Below are positions 1-11,290 of a stretch of DNA of 64,000 bases, piece by piece. The stretch covers positions 73,222,001 through 73,286,000 of the forward strand of contig NC_059426.1 of NCBI RefSeq assembly GCF_021028975.2, written 5' to 3'. A program made the translations under genes and the position numbers. The notes beneath the pieces were generated by a model. The model was not told where the DNA came from, searched no databases, and saw only the letters and a program-made list of their open reading frames with translations. Each line of letters opens with the position of its first letter. Position 1 is the first letter of the stretch. This stretch comes from Sphaerodactylus townsendi (taxonomy: Eukaryota).

Positions 1-114
1 CAAAATGTGAAACAGGACAAAATTACTATACAAATTCAGTGTAATTAGGCTAAGGCAAGTACTGCCAAAAGATATCATTTAGGCCAATTGTTGGACACAA
101 TTTTAAAAACAGGA

Positions 115-500
115 CCATAAGAAAAGTCTGGCAGCATCAGACCAATAGGTCACTTAGCCTAACACCTCCCCACACTCCCACACACAGCCAGATGTTTCTA
201 AGAAGTTTTCAGGTAAGCTATGAAAATAACAGGCTATGGCTCAGTGGCAACTTCACATGTAGAAGATACAGATTCAATCTCCAGCATCTGCAGTTAAAAG
301 GATAAGATGTGAAAAGCTGAGACCCTAAAGAACCAGGTAATAGTGGTAACAATCCCCCATAGTCTGAGACAGTATAAATTAGTTTCATGTATTCAACAGC
401 TGTCCCTGGTTCTTTGCCCCAAGCTTCTGACATTCAGAGGTATACTGCCACAGAACACTGAGGTTCCATCTAGTTACCATTGATTAACCGCCATCAGTAA
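115..500 (-). mobile_element. Old CR1 LINE 3' UTR fragment, interrupted by a SINE
   Basis: Contains 'catcagaccaatagg...cttagcc' and 'cattcagaggtatactgcc...gaggttccatctagttaccat', which resemble the reverse complement of squamate CR1 3' ends. Similar text occurs at 28470 and 34690. Confidence 0.55.
233..394 (+). mobile_element. Degraded tRNA-derived SINE
   Basis: A-box-like 'tggctcagtgg' and B-box-like 'gattcaatctcc'. The tail ends in 'tttcatgtattc'. Possible TSD aacag (228-232 / 395-399). Confidence 0.6.
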
Positions 501-2220
501 CCACTAAAATGAATGGAGCAGGCATAGCTCCATGCAGTGAAAACCAGGAAGAAACTTTTGCAGTTCAATAATGCCTTACTTACACTGAAGTAACACAGCA
601 AGCACTGTCCACTGTGGATGATTTACTGTGTTGTGCTAAGCAGAGCTAAATTCTTAGTAAACTGACTTCAGTGAAGGTAGGCAAGTATGACTGCTTAAGA
701 GTGCTCTGTATGAAACTGAATGGACACTCAAAGCCTAATTTCTAAAAGGCAGTCCTTGTAGTGGCTTATCGATCACTCACCCATCTTACTGATTCCTATA
801 GTACTGATGATAAGTTACCAGCCACTTGGAAGTCAGACCCATGCAATACCAAGAATATATAAAAGGGAATGGGAACCTTCATTCCAGCTCCAACATTTGA
901 ATTGCATCTCAAATCATCCTTATTCCAACAGGATTGTGAAAACCAAAGACTTATTTAAGGACTTATTCAAGACACTTAAGGCAGAGTAGCTAATCCTCCT
1001 GGAGTACACCTGAGCCACCCTTTTCGTAGGAACAGGCAGCAGGCAGAATATGCTTTCTCGTATTAAGGGTGCTGCACCTGTAGTGAACCCCAAGTACTGG
1101 GAATGCAAGACCAGATTAGATTTATTTCCTATTCCACAATGAAAGCATCATGCAGTTATGCCTGAGGTGCCTAGGAAAGCTGCCGTTTGCTGCGTTATAC
1201 CACCACACAGTCCCTTTCGAAGAAGTCCGAGAGCGTTCTCGGACAGCAGCAAATGCGTGACTCGAAGAGAGGAGCTGTGGCCACCAGTCAGAGTCTGACC
1301 CCGGCTAAAGACAGCATGAAAGCCGGGCAAGGAAACTTCTTTCCCTCCCCAGCCGATGTTTTGCTTCTCCAGGGCGAAGGCGCGGGGAAGCTGGCCGGCC
1401 ACGGTTTCGCGCGGCTCGCTTTCTTCCAGGAACAGCAGGTGCCTTCCCGCCGCCGTGGCTGAGGGGCAGCGCCGAGTGACTCATTCGAAGGGAAAGGAGC
1501 GGCAGCCGGCAACGGACTCTCTCGGCCCAAACTACAGGCAACTGGGAAACTCCGTCAACTCCAGAGAGAGGGAGAGAGGCAACCGAAAGCCGCGGGGATG
1601 AGCAGGGCGGAACAGAAGGCAGTCAGCCAAGGAGAAGGAAGGCGGCGGGGGAGAAAAGGAGAGGGCGCTTCTGCGGGCCACTCCCCTCACTCGCCCCCTG
1701 CTGCAACCTCGCCGGGCGAGAGTCCCTAGTCGACCGCCCCTTCCTCAGGTGCTGCCAATCGCACTCGCTGCTCCTTAGAAGAGGGGATCCGCAAGACAGG
1801 AGGTAGTTGGCGGGTTTCCCCAAAAAGTTCCCGCCAAGGCTCCTCACATCGCCCTGTAGTTTCCTCGTGCGCAGGCCCCCCTCCGCCTGTGGCGGCTTCC
1901 AGCCACCGCCCTCCATTCCTCGCAGCAGCTGCCTCTCGCACGTCCCCGACCCCCTTTTCGCCTCCCAGCTAAGCGCCGACCCCCTCCCTTTCCCCCGCCC
2001 AATCAGCCGCGGGCATCGCCCCTCCTCCTCCTCCAGGTGCGCGGAGCGGCGCCTCGACCCCCGCCTCTCTCTCACGCACACACTGCACACCCGCAAGACA
2101 AAGGCGCCGGTCCTGCCCACTTGCGCCCGGACCGAGCGCTCAGCTTCGCGTGAGGGGCCGGTCCCTGCCCCGACAGGCATGCAGCAGCTGAGCAGGGCGG
2201 GAAGGGGGTGTAGCTCTTAC

Positions 2221-2248
2221 CTTTGGCGGATTCTGGATCTAGGTACAT
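2221..2248 (-). CDS. Candidate first coding exon (MYLDPESAK + phase-1 intron) of an unidentified gene extending beyond the left edge
   Basis: Minus-strand ATG at 2248 with A at -3, then 28 nt to a near-consensus donor AAG|GTAAGA (intron starts at 2220), inside the CpG island. No downstream exon was identified in the window. Confidence 0.45.
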
Positions 2249-2662
2249 TCTCCTTTCCACGCGTGCCGGCCCGTGGGCTTCTGAAGTCAAAGTAAATTCC
2301 TCCGGGGATGTACACAATAGGGCTGGGAGGGACAGGCTGTCCCAGAGTGCGCTGGGGCGTCCGGGCTGCTTCTCAGTCAGTATCCAGCTCCCACTCGTCT
2401 TCTTAGAGAAGCGACCACCAGGCGCTGCAAGGTGGCGGCGAAGGAAGAAAGAAGCCACAGGCTGCTGGCGGCCCAAGAGTGACCTCCACAAACAGGTTGG
2501 AGTCCCCGGCGAAGGGCTGCGAGAGCCGGCATGAGGAGGGAGGCGAGTGAATGAATGAGGCGCCTACTGGCGAAGGCTCACCCTCTGGCTCCTGGGCTTG
2601 CTCACTGATTCACGTCCACACAGGAACATGCCAAGCCTCTGGAGCCCTTCCCCTCGATAGGA

Positions 2663-2692
2663 GTGTGTGTATGTGTGCGCGCGCGCGCGCAC
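2663..2692. repeat. 30-bp alternating purine-pyrimidine tract (GT)n(GC)n, potential Z-DNA
   Basis: gtgtgtgtatgtgtgcgcgcgcgcgcgcac read directly. Confidence 0.8.
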
Positions 2693-2909
2693 TGCGAGCC
2701 TGTGTGGCTGACGGTGCGCGCTTCTCGCACACGTCCACTTGCTGCTCGCTGCTGGTGAGAGAAGTAATTGCAAGGCAGACAGATGGAAAGACACAGCCCA
2801 AAGCAGCAGCTGGGGAGATTGATGCTGCTTTTGATGGCCTGCAATCAGTCCCTCAAGGGACGCAGTTTTGCTCACTGCTGGCCATGGCTCGCAAAGACGC
2901 TTGGATGTT

Positions 2910-3014
2910 CAAATAAAAGAAAGATACCCCCCCACACACACACACACACAAATAAAAGAAAGTACACCCACCCACACACAAATAAAAGAATGACAACGCC
3001 CCCACAAACACACA
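2910..3014. repeat. Three degenerate tandem units 'caaataaaagaa...ccacacaca'
   Basis: aaataaaagaa occurs three times, each followed by a C/CA-rich spacer. Confidence 0.75.
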
Positions 3015-4215
3015 TTGTTGTCCTGGGTATATATGTGGTTCCCACTGAAACTGGAAGTACCAGCTAAACTATGCTCTGCTTGTACGCTCAAAAAAGGCAT
3101 GCTGACATGCCCAAGCAATAGCTTAGCAGGATGTAATGAAGACAGCTCAGGGAGAGACCAGTCCACAGTGCCATCTGCTTCTGAACGTTTTGCTATGGGA
3201 CATGCCTAAGGCCACTTCAGTAATCTGTACAAAACTTATAGTGGCTGGATATTAAAGATGTGTGCTTTTATTCTACCAATAGGCTGCTAATTCTCTTGGA
3301 GTGCTGATTCACAACCAAACTGTTCCAACTCTTGTAGATACAGATGTTTAATCCAGAGCCTTTCCCCACAGCATATGAGCTGCTGAGTCCATTTGAAACA
3401 CCAGATCTTTTTGTGCTTAAGGTCTCCTCCAGACAGTAAAAGAATAGTTCCACTTCAGGGTTTGTTTTTTGTTTGTTTTTCTTCTAGTAAAGATAAAATA
3501 TCATCTCCCAGCTTTAAAGCTGAGCATGATTTTCTTCACTGATATGATCTTAGCTAAAACCAGGACTGGATTTTTTGTGCTAGGTGAATTAATTCTCATG
3601 CTCTCTGTGTGAGAAAACAGAGAACACACACACAGCTTCCTTTAATTTAGTGCCGATTTGTCATTTTCTGGGGTTGGGGGAACACTGCCACTAAATTAAA
3701 GGAACCCCAGCCTGCAGGTTATATCCTCTGCAAGGATGCATGAGATATTGATGTATAATATCAGAGGGAGGCCTGAGCAGAGAGGGAGACCCTTATAGAT
3801 GAAAATGGTTCCCCACAAATTCCCTTGGCATTTTAGTTTCAACCTGATACTCAATGTTAAACTTGGAAATCAGGCCCTGTGTTTATTTCATCCTTGTGCA
3901 GGTGAGACAGAGGATGTCCTGAACTGGTGGCTGGAGGCAGTAGTGGAAGCTCAGTCAAGAAAACAACAGAAGTACTGTTGGATGCTGGTCCTGATCATGG
4001 AATTGAGTGGTGGCTTACTCAGTACAGAACAGCACTCCCTGGAGCAACAGGTTTTCAGCTTGGGAATGCTGTCTAATCTGGATCTGTATTGGATGCACAG
4101 ATTTCAGGTGGAGATCTGACTACAGTGATTCATGCTCCCGACACCATTAGGTTAGGTTACTGTAGGGCACTCAGTGTATGACTGCCAATGAAGATGGTTC
4201 AGAAACTTCAACTAT

Positions 4216-4416
4216 GACAGTGATTGCAGTATAGTGGTTAGCATGCTGAACTAGAACCTGGGAGACCCAGTTTGAAGTCCCTGTGGAAAGCTTTCTAGGT
4301 GACCTTGGGCCAATCACACATTTGGAGCCTTGTTGTGAGGATAAAAGGGAGGAGGGTGGTATAAACAGCTTTCGGTCCCCACTGGAGAGAAAGATGGGAT
4401 TTAAATGAAGAAAAAA
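4216..4416 (+). mobile_element. tRNA-derived squamate SINE (MIR/CORE-like body)
   Basis: A box 'gtatagtggttag', B-box-like 'agtttgaagtccc', then 'gtgaccttgggccaatcac' and 'gttgtgaggataaaa', and an A-rich tail. Confidence 0.7.
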
Positions 4417-6198
4417 GTATTCCAAATTCAGTAACAAAACAGCTATTAGACATGGACTATATGCAGCATATTAAGTTCTGGAAGATAGTTGCCACTTAAT
4501 TTCCTCGCTCAATTCAAAAGGCTGTTTTTAACTTACTAGGTCCTATACAGCCTGAGATTAGAGTAGTTGAAGGAATGTCTCTTTCCATATGTTCCTTGAG
4601 ATTCTGATCTTCTACTGAAGCCCTGCTTCATATTCCCTACCTTCACAGGTACGGTGGGTAGCCACAAAGAACAGGGCATCCTCAGTGGTGATTTCCAGCC
4701 TTTGGTATATGCTTAGAATGTAATAAGCATTTCTGAAAGAACTAGCAGCAGGCAAATACAGGCATGCTAGAATAGAAAGCATTAAGCCCTCACAGAGCAC
4801 AAGAGTGTGAGTGATGGTCTGGGAGTAAGCAAAGTTTTAGGAGCACTCAGAACCGCAGACAGGATTTGAAATGAGTTCAGCCCTGAGTTCCAGAGACATC
4901 AAATGTATTTTAGTGTCTGGGAGGGACCTGTGGCTTTAGTGGAGAGGTTGGGGCGGGGAGGGGGGGAGTAGAGTCCCTATCTCCAGCCAGGAAGGGAGTT
5001 TACTTCATGTAGAGAAGAATTCCTAGACCAGGTTCTTGGAACAGCACTAATCAGTCTTCTGGACAGAGTGGGTAGAACTGAGGGAACTGACAGGGATAAT
5101 GATTATTAGAGAGGGACCGATTCTCTTGTTAGAAGAAGAATCAGACTGCATGTATGTGAAAGACTTCCCATTCCTAGTTCCATTTCTAGTTCTGTAGCAG
5201 GATTTACTTCAAACACTGTGAGGTAATCCTAAGGTTTGAAAAGTCTGAAAAGGAAAGTGAGTTGGGAAATACTCTTTTCCATATAGAAAACACAGCTCCA
5301 GAGTTACTACACGAACCTCTGGGTGCTAGCTTGAATGTATTCTGTTAAACGTCTTGAAAGACTATCATTTTCACAGGCATTAAAAACTCTGTGACAAACT
5401 GACATCTTTTCTGAAAGTCAAATACCATCTGTGCTGATCTTTGAAAGCACCTTAACATCTGTAAATAAAAACTTCCTTTTTCTATGCTGACAATTCCTAC
5501 CTAAACCCCTGAGTTGTTAATAAAATTCTATAATTTATTTGTTAAACTTTAAAAAAAAGCCTTCTTGCCTGAGGTAAAACAGAGAGTGAAATGAGGGGGA
5601 ATCACCTCAGTTTCCAAAGCTGGTTCAATAAAACATTTACTTTGAAGTGGGACAACTAAACAGAACCCCCATGCAAACACACACAGAGAAAGGCTGACCA
5701 GCAGCAAGGAAAAGAAGATCATAGAAGATTTAGGGAACATTCATTGCCTTTGGGTATTGGGAATAGGGTGGGATAATTTTCTTTTCATGATCCCACACCT
5801 TCACAGCACTCTATTGGAGAACAGCTGTGTTCCATCTAGCCAAGCATCTTGTTGCCTTGGAGAGCTGTAGAGGACAATGTTTTCCTCTGATGTTGCTTCC
5901 TAGAACTGTTGTTTCACAGGTTTATGGCCTCTGGATGTGGAGATTTGTTTTTGTAAAAAATGACCTTTAGACATTGATGGATCTATCCTCCATGAATCTA
6001 ATAGCTTTTGAAAGCTACCTATGCTTGTGGCTATAACTACATCCATGAACAGTAAATTGCTGAGTAAAAATGGACTTCCTTTTGTTTGTCCTCAAACTAT
6101 TGCTCCTCAGCTCTGAGTTCTAGTGTTATGAGAGAGGAAGAAAAACTGTTCTTTGTCCATTTTCTCCACACAATAAACTTCTATCATGATCCCACTTA

Positions 6199-7004
6199 CA
6201 GCTCAATTCTGACTGCTTGCGTAGCTGGGCCGGCTCCAATGAGCCGGCCCAGCGGCGGCTGGGAGAAGTCTGGTCAGATTTCGCATAATGTAAGGAATCA
6301 GTATAGTCCAGGCCAATAGTAACCGTAACAGTTCATTTATTGGTAGGCAATCATGATCTTCTACAGACAATGCGAAATCTGACCAGACTTCCCCCAGCCG
6401 CCGCTTTTACGGGCAAAACCTTTCCCGCGAAAATCCAAAACCAAAACAACCCAGCTTTCCCATCCCACCGTTCCCACCAAGATAGAGATTCATACAGAAC
6501 AGAAGCCAAAGATGGCAAGCACGCAGCTATGTTGAGACAGAGATAAAGACTGACCTGGGCACAACGCCCGGAGGAAGGAATATAGACTCAAGGTTAGCTT
6601 CAGGCTTGTCAAGAAACCGAAGCAACCTTACACTTTCCTTGTGGGGCAGGGATGGGAGAAAGCTAGAACTCCCCAATGGAGCCTTAGGGGCTTACACCAC
6701 CCCAAAAGATGGTGTAAGTGTAGGCCCAGGGCCAGGGCACAACTGGCAACAAAGCCAGGGTGGAAGCCAGCTAAGGTCGGCTCATCCCAGGAACACACCC
6801 ACCACTCCAATGCAGCTGGTGGCGGTATGGGTGTGCCGATGCAAGGCTGGAAGCTACAGTCAGCTGTCTCAGGATGTTGCAGTGGCTGTGTGCCAGCAGA
6901 TTTGCCCCTCCACCGAGGTCAATGCCCTGGCGAGGGCATTTCCATTGGCGTAGGTCTGCACCACCTCCAGAGGTGGATCCCCCCCCCCCCCGACGATTAG
7001 GCTA
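6199..7004. mobile_element. PIF/Harbinger-type non-autonomous element (TTA target duplication)
   Basis: tta|cagctcaattc ... gattaggcta|tta: imperfect TIRs and a 3-bp TTA TSD, inserted in the CR1. Confidence 0.6.
6214..6632 (-). mobile_element. Probable solo LTR nested in the Harbinger-type MITE
   Basis: TG...CA-type ends (the minus strand can start tgtaagg at 6632). TATA-like 'cgtaaaag' near 6405-6412, AATAAA at 6341-6336, retained CpGs. TSD and exact ends are not resolved. Confidence 0.5.
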
Positions 7005-7598
7005 TTAGTAATCTACTTTTGTATATAAATTGAAAAGCTGCATGCTCTAGCATTGCCTTGTAAGGAACATCCTCCAATCTCTTTATAATATTGGTTGCTC
7101 TTTTGGGGGCATTTTTAAAATATCCTTTTTGAGACATGTAGTCTGGAACTATATATACAGTATTTCAAATGTAGTCGTACCATAATGCCTCTACGAGGCA
7201 TTACAAGAGTGGCTGGTTCAGTTCCTTTCCTAATAATCTCCAGCATAAAGTTTACCATTTTTCATTGCTACTACATATTGGGTTGACATTATCTAATTAT
7301 CAGTCAGTCTGTTCTGGTTTTGACAGTTATTGCTACTATTAATTTTTATGGAAGATGGTTTTATATTAAGTAATTTATGAATTTTTGTTTACTTTCATAT
7401 GTTGTGAACATCCTCAGACATGAATAAAGACAAGCAGTATATAAAAATTTTGAATAAAGAAAATTAAAATAATAAATTCCTAATATAGAGGCTTTTCTGT
7501 AGTGGTATCCCTCTTGTAGAACTTCTTTGTTGTAGCTATCTGGCACCTACATTAAAGGCTTTTGGGTATCAGGTAAAGACAATTTTATTTGCCTAGGC

Positions 7599-7746
7599 CA
7601 GGGGTAGGGAACCTGCGGCTCTCCAGATGTTCAGGAACTACAATTCCCATCAGCCCCTACCAGCATGGCCAATTGGCCATGCTGACAGAGGCTGATGGGA
7701 ATTGTAGTTCCTGAACATCTGGAGAGCCGCAGGTTCCCTACCCCTG
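7599..7746. mobile_element. hAT (Charlie-like) palindromic MITE, 148 bp, intact
   Basis: Near-perfect foldback caggggtagggaacc...ggttccctacccctg centred on ggccaattggcc, with a perfect 8-bp TSD gcctaggc (7591-7598 / 7747-7754). Confidence 0.95.
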
Positions 7747-8439
7747 GCCTAGGCATATATTAGTTCAATGTTTAGTTTCCCATAATCTGTATATTCTTCC
7801 ACCAGTCTTCCTGCACTACTGAAGTAAAACAAAACAAAAAAGCCTTTTCAACAGCTAACCAAATGTATTTGTGCCACTGTGTCCATGTACCTGTTCAGCA
7901 CAGTTATTATGCTGCTTTTCTATTTTTTAAAAATCACCTGACTGCTTCATGTTTTTAGAATTCAGTTATTTTCCAATCCTTCTGCTTTTTTCTAGCCACA
8001 CTGCATAAATGTATTGTGTCATGTGTAAGTTCACAAGCACACTTGTACAAATTGCACAGTATTTTATGGGGAAACTCTGAGCCCTGTGACTTTATGAGCA
8101 GGAAGTACTGTGTACAGGTCAGAAAAGGGCACACAACAGAAATGAATTGTGACAAAAATGCTGTTCTGAACGCATCCTTGGGTTGCTACTTGTCAAAGTC
8201 AAGCTGCTTAAATCCCACAGAAATGCATACAAATGTAGGAACACATCAATCTTACCCATGTTTGCTGAGAAACATCACCAATTTTAATGGGACATTACCA
8301 ATGTCATGCATGTTTACTCATCAGTAACTCCCACTAAATTCAATGGGATTTACTTCCAACTATCTATGCATATTTCTGCTGCTACAATTTAAGCCTAGCT
8401 AGTTTCCAGGAATTTTCATAAGTGTGTATGAGTACTTTT

Positions 8440-9020
8440 GTATGTGTTTAGTGCCATTCAGTAACTTCCAACTCATGGCAACCCTATGAACCAATGTCCC
8501 CCAAAACGTCCTACCATGCTCAGGTTTTGAAAACTGAGGGCTATGGCTTCCTTTATATAGTCTATCCATCTCATGTTGGGTCTTCCTTTCTCATGTTGCC
8601 TCCAGCCTTTCCTAGCATTATTGCCTTTTCCAGTGACTCTTTATATTACATTGCCAAAGTTCAGCAGCCTCAGTTTAGTCATTTTAGCTTCTAGGGACAT
8701 TTCAGGCTTGATTTGATCTAGGGCTCACTTATTTGTTTGATTTGTGATCCACAGTATCTCTTCCCACCACTTTTCAAAGGAATCTACTTTTTCCCTGCCA
8801 GTTTTATTCATTGTCCAACTTTCACACCCATTCGTAGTAACAGGGAATATTGTAGCATGAATTAACTTGATGGTTGGCAGAGACACATCCTTATACTTAA
8901 GAATTTTTTTTAGTTCCTTCATTGCTGCCGTCCCCAGTCTCAGCCTCCTTCTGATCTCTTGGTTGCAGTGTCCCTTTTGGTTGATGATGGAGCAAAGAAA
9001 TAGAAAGCCTTCAACCATTT
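8440..9020 (-). mobile_element. 5'-truncated RTE-clade (BovB-like) LINE
   Basis: ORF 8725-9018 (FLCSIINQKGHCNQEIRRRLRLG...IFPVTTNGCESWTMNK..REKVDSFEKW) matches the post-RT region of RTE proteins. RTE-type 3' tail 'ccaactcatggcaaccctatg'. Confidence 0.9.
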
Positions 9021-10019
9021 TTACTTTTACCCATGAAATATTTTATCAAACCCACCCAGAAAAATTAACGTTTCAAAGAAGCCCTTTTCCCCATCTCCTC
9101 CTTGCTGGCGGGAGGGAAATAGACCACTGACTATGTTGCCTTAGATCAGACCCTGCTTTTGATTCTCAATCTGTTCAGTTAAAATAGTAATTTTAATATT
9201 GGCTGACGACATGCTTTACAGATAAGAGTTCCTTTAGTTCTAAACTTATGCATAGGTACTCCCATGTAACTCAATTTATGTCAATGAGCTTAGACTGGAA
9301 TAACTCTGTATAGGACTGCACTGTTTGTCTGATACTTGGCTTCTCCAGTCAAAGCATCTAAGGGAGAAAGTCTCAGCAAACTCTGAAGAATCAGTTACCA
9401 CCAGTGGGGTTTCACATTAAAATGTCCATGGATCATATGATTCACTACAATGTATATCCTTCCACTTTTTTTTGTTTCTGCTTAATATAAATGAATTTCT
9501 GTGCACAGTTGTATACATGTATATTGTGGGAGATGGTCAGATCCCTAAAAGGTATCACTTATTGATTCAGATCTTTTAGAACCCTTTACCATAAAAGAAG
9601 ACAACTCTCCCTTGAATGTTGGAAGCTGATGTCCAAAGGAATTTCTTAGGAGCCTACAGGAAATACCACTGCCCTTCTTTTTTCAAGGAGCAGACAGAAT
9701 TTTGGGTTTCATTATGGAAAAATTACTCATAGAGTTTGCTCTTATAAAGGCTGTTGTGAGGTTAAAGTGCAAAAGTGACAAGTGGGGCAACTATAAGGAT
9801 TGGGGGAGGGCGTATCCTGAATTCCCACCCTCATTATTTCCAATTTCCTTCTTCCTGGCAGCTTCCATACCCTAACATTTCCCTGCTTCCTTCTCTCATT
9901 CCCACACACCAATCAAATTATATCTACCCCCTATTTTTGTCTATATTTATTATTCATTTACTTCATTTATACCCTCATTTCTCTCCAATGGCCTCCTATT
10001 ATTCTCCTTTCCTCCACTT

Positions 10020-10352
10020 TATTTATTTATTTGTTTGTTTGTTTGTTTATTTATTTGATTAACCGCCCTACCCCCAAAGGGCTTAGGGCGGTGTACAGCA
10101 AAACAACAACAAACACAGTAAAAACAAATTGAATAATCCCAGTTAATACAAAACCTTAAAACTATTGAAGCAGTAACCTTCAATAAATAGTTAATAGCAA
10201 GAGACGTCTGGCATCACACCCCAGTGCTCAAACCCTGGGAGGGGGCTGGCAGATGGTCAAATACACAGCTAGTGCACAGGGCAATGAGAGGGTCGGGCTG
10301 AGCAGCCAGCCCCCCCAAAAGCCCGGTGGAACAGCACAGTTTTACAGGCCCT
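10020..10352 (-). mobile_element. L2-like LINE 3' end with (TTTA/TTTG)n tail, inside an older SINE
   Basis: Microsatellite tail, then 'accgccct...agggcggt' and 'gcccggtggaacagcacagttttacaggccctg'. Confidence 0.55.
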
Positions 10353-10403
10353 GTAATCCTGTGATGTTGGTTGGGTTTAGGATTGCCAACTAGGCTTGGA
10401 GAT

Positions 10404-11290
10404 TAGGGTGCACCGAATCCCAGATTCAGCCTGAATCTGGGCACATTCAGGCATATTCAGGCTGAAATAGGCTGAATATGTCCTGCCGAATATGAATGAA
10501 TCCGAATGCAAGGCATTCAGGCTTTTGGGGGTAATTTTTGGTGGTTTTTTCATGTTTTGGCTTGCAGGGGGCACATTTTTAAAGCTAACAGCACAAAAAA
10601 CTCAGGGTATCATCCAGAGACTCTCCGGATGATACCAACCAGGTTTGGTGAGGTTTGGTTCAGGGGGTCCAAAGTTATGGACCCCCCAAGTGGGTGCCCC
10701 ATCCCCCATTGTTTCCAATGGGAACTAACAGGAGATGGGAACTACCCCTTTGATGGTCCATAACTTTGGACCTCCAGAACCAAACTTCACCAAACTCAGG
10801 TGGTAACATCAAGACAGTCTCCGGGTGAGACTCTGAAATTTTGGTGCCACTAGCTTTAAAATGCGCCCCTGACAGGCACCCCGAGGAGTTGCCCAAGATT
10901 CTCTGCTCTGCAGTGGCTTAGCACCAGATAGAGGCACCAGACTTTCAAAGTGGCTCCAGGAGGCCCTCCTGGTAATAGCATGCAGGCTTGGTGAACTTTG
11001 CTTCTGGGGGTTCAATTTTATGGCCCTCCAAAAGGCTTATTTTGTTTCCCTGTGCCTACACATGGACCTTTCAGAACTCTCTCAATCCTAACCCCCCCCC
11101 ACCGCCCCCAGAAGCAAAGTGTACAGAGGCCCCTCTGGGAGCCACCACTGGGCCCACCAAGTCCACCACTGAGCCCAGCATGGCTCCTGGGCAGAACCAT
11201 TTGCTGGCAGTCTGAAGGCAATTTTTTAAAAACCACATGAATTTTTTAAACTTTTCACATTTTTTTTGCAAATTTGGGGAGTGCCCCAAG
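10404..11290. mobile_element. Non-autonomous DNA transposon (hAT-like left end) carrying an internal palindromic module
   Basis: Starts 'tagggtgcaccgaat' with decayed ccgaat/attcgg subterminal repeats. Bases 10535-10880 are homologous to the interior of the 13703 element. The right end was not found. Confidence 0.6.

Larger units (their letters stand above)
1180..2900. promoter_or_regulatory. CpG island / promoter region
   Basis: GC-rich with abundant retained CpG, unlike the CpG-depleted flanks, and no TE termini. Contains GC boxes (ccgccc), CCAAT boxes near 1756 and 1999, and a (GC)n NRF1-like tract near 2677-2696. Confidence 0.85.
5830..7290 (-). mobile_element. CR1 LINE 3' portion, split by nested insertions at 6199-7004
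   Basis: CR1-type text 'gatggatctatcctccatgaatcta' and 'ctatcatgatcccactta|gtaatctactttt...gaaaagc' resumes across the insertion, followed by 'cagtatttcaaatgtagtcgtacc'. Confidence 0.7.

Noticed and set aside
1148-2916. Many overlapping 70-185 aa ORFs in the CpG island
   Set aside because: Expected from stop-codon scarcity in GC-rich DNA. They occur in all frames, often with non-ATG starts, and show no recognisable domains.
4800-5690. Possible solo LTR (similar candidates at about 16060-16390 and 45020-45335)
   Set aside because: AATAAA and TG/CA-like ends are present, but boundaries and TSDs could not be established.
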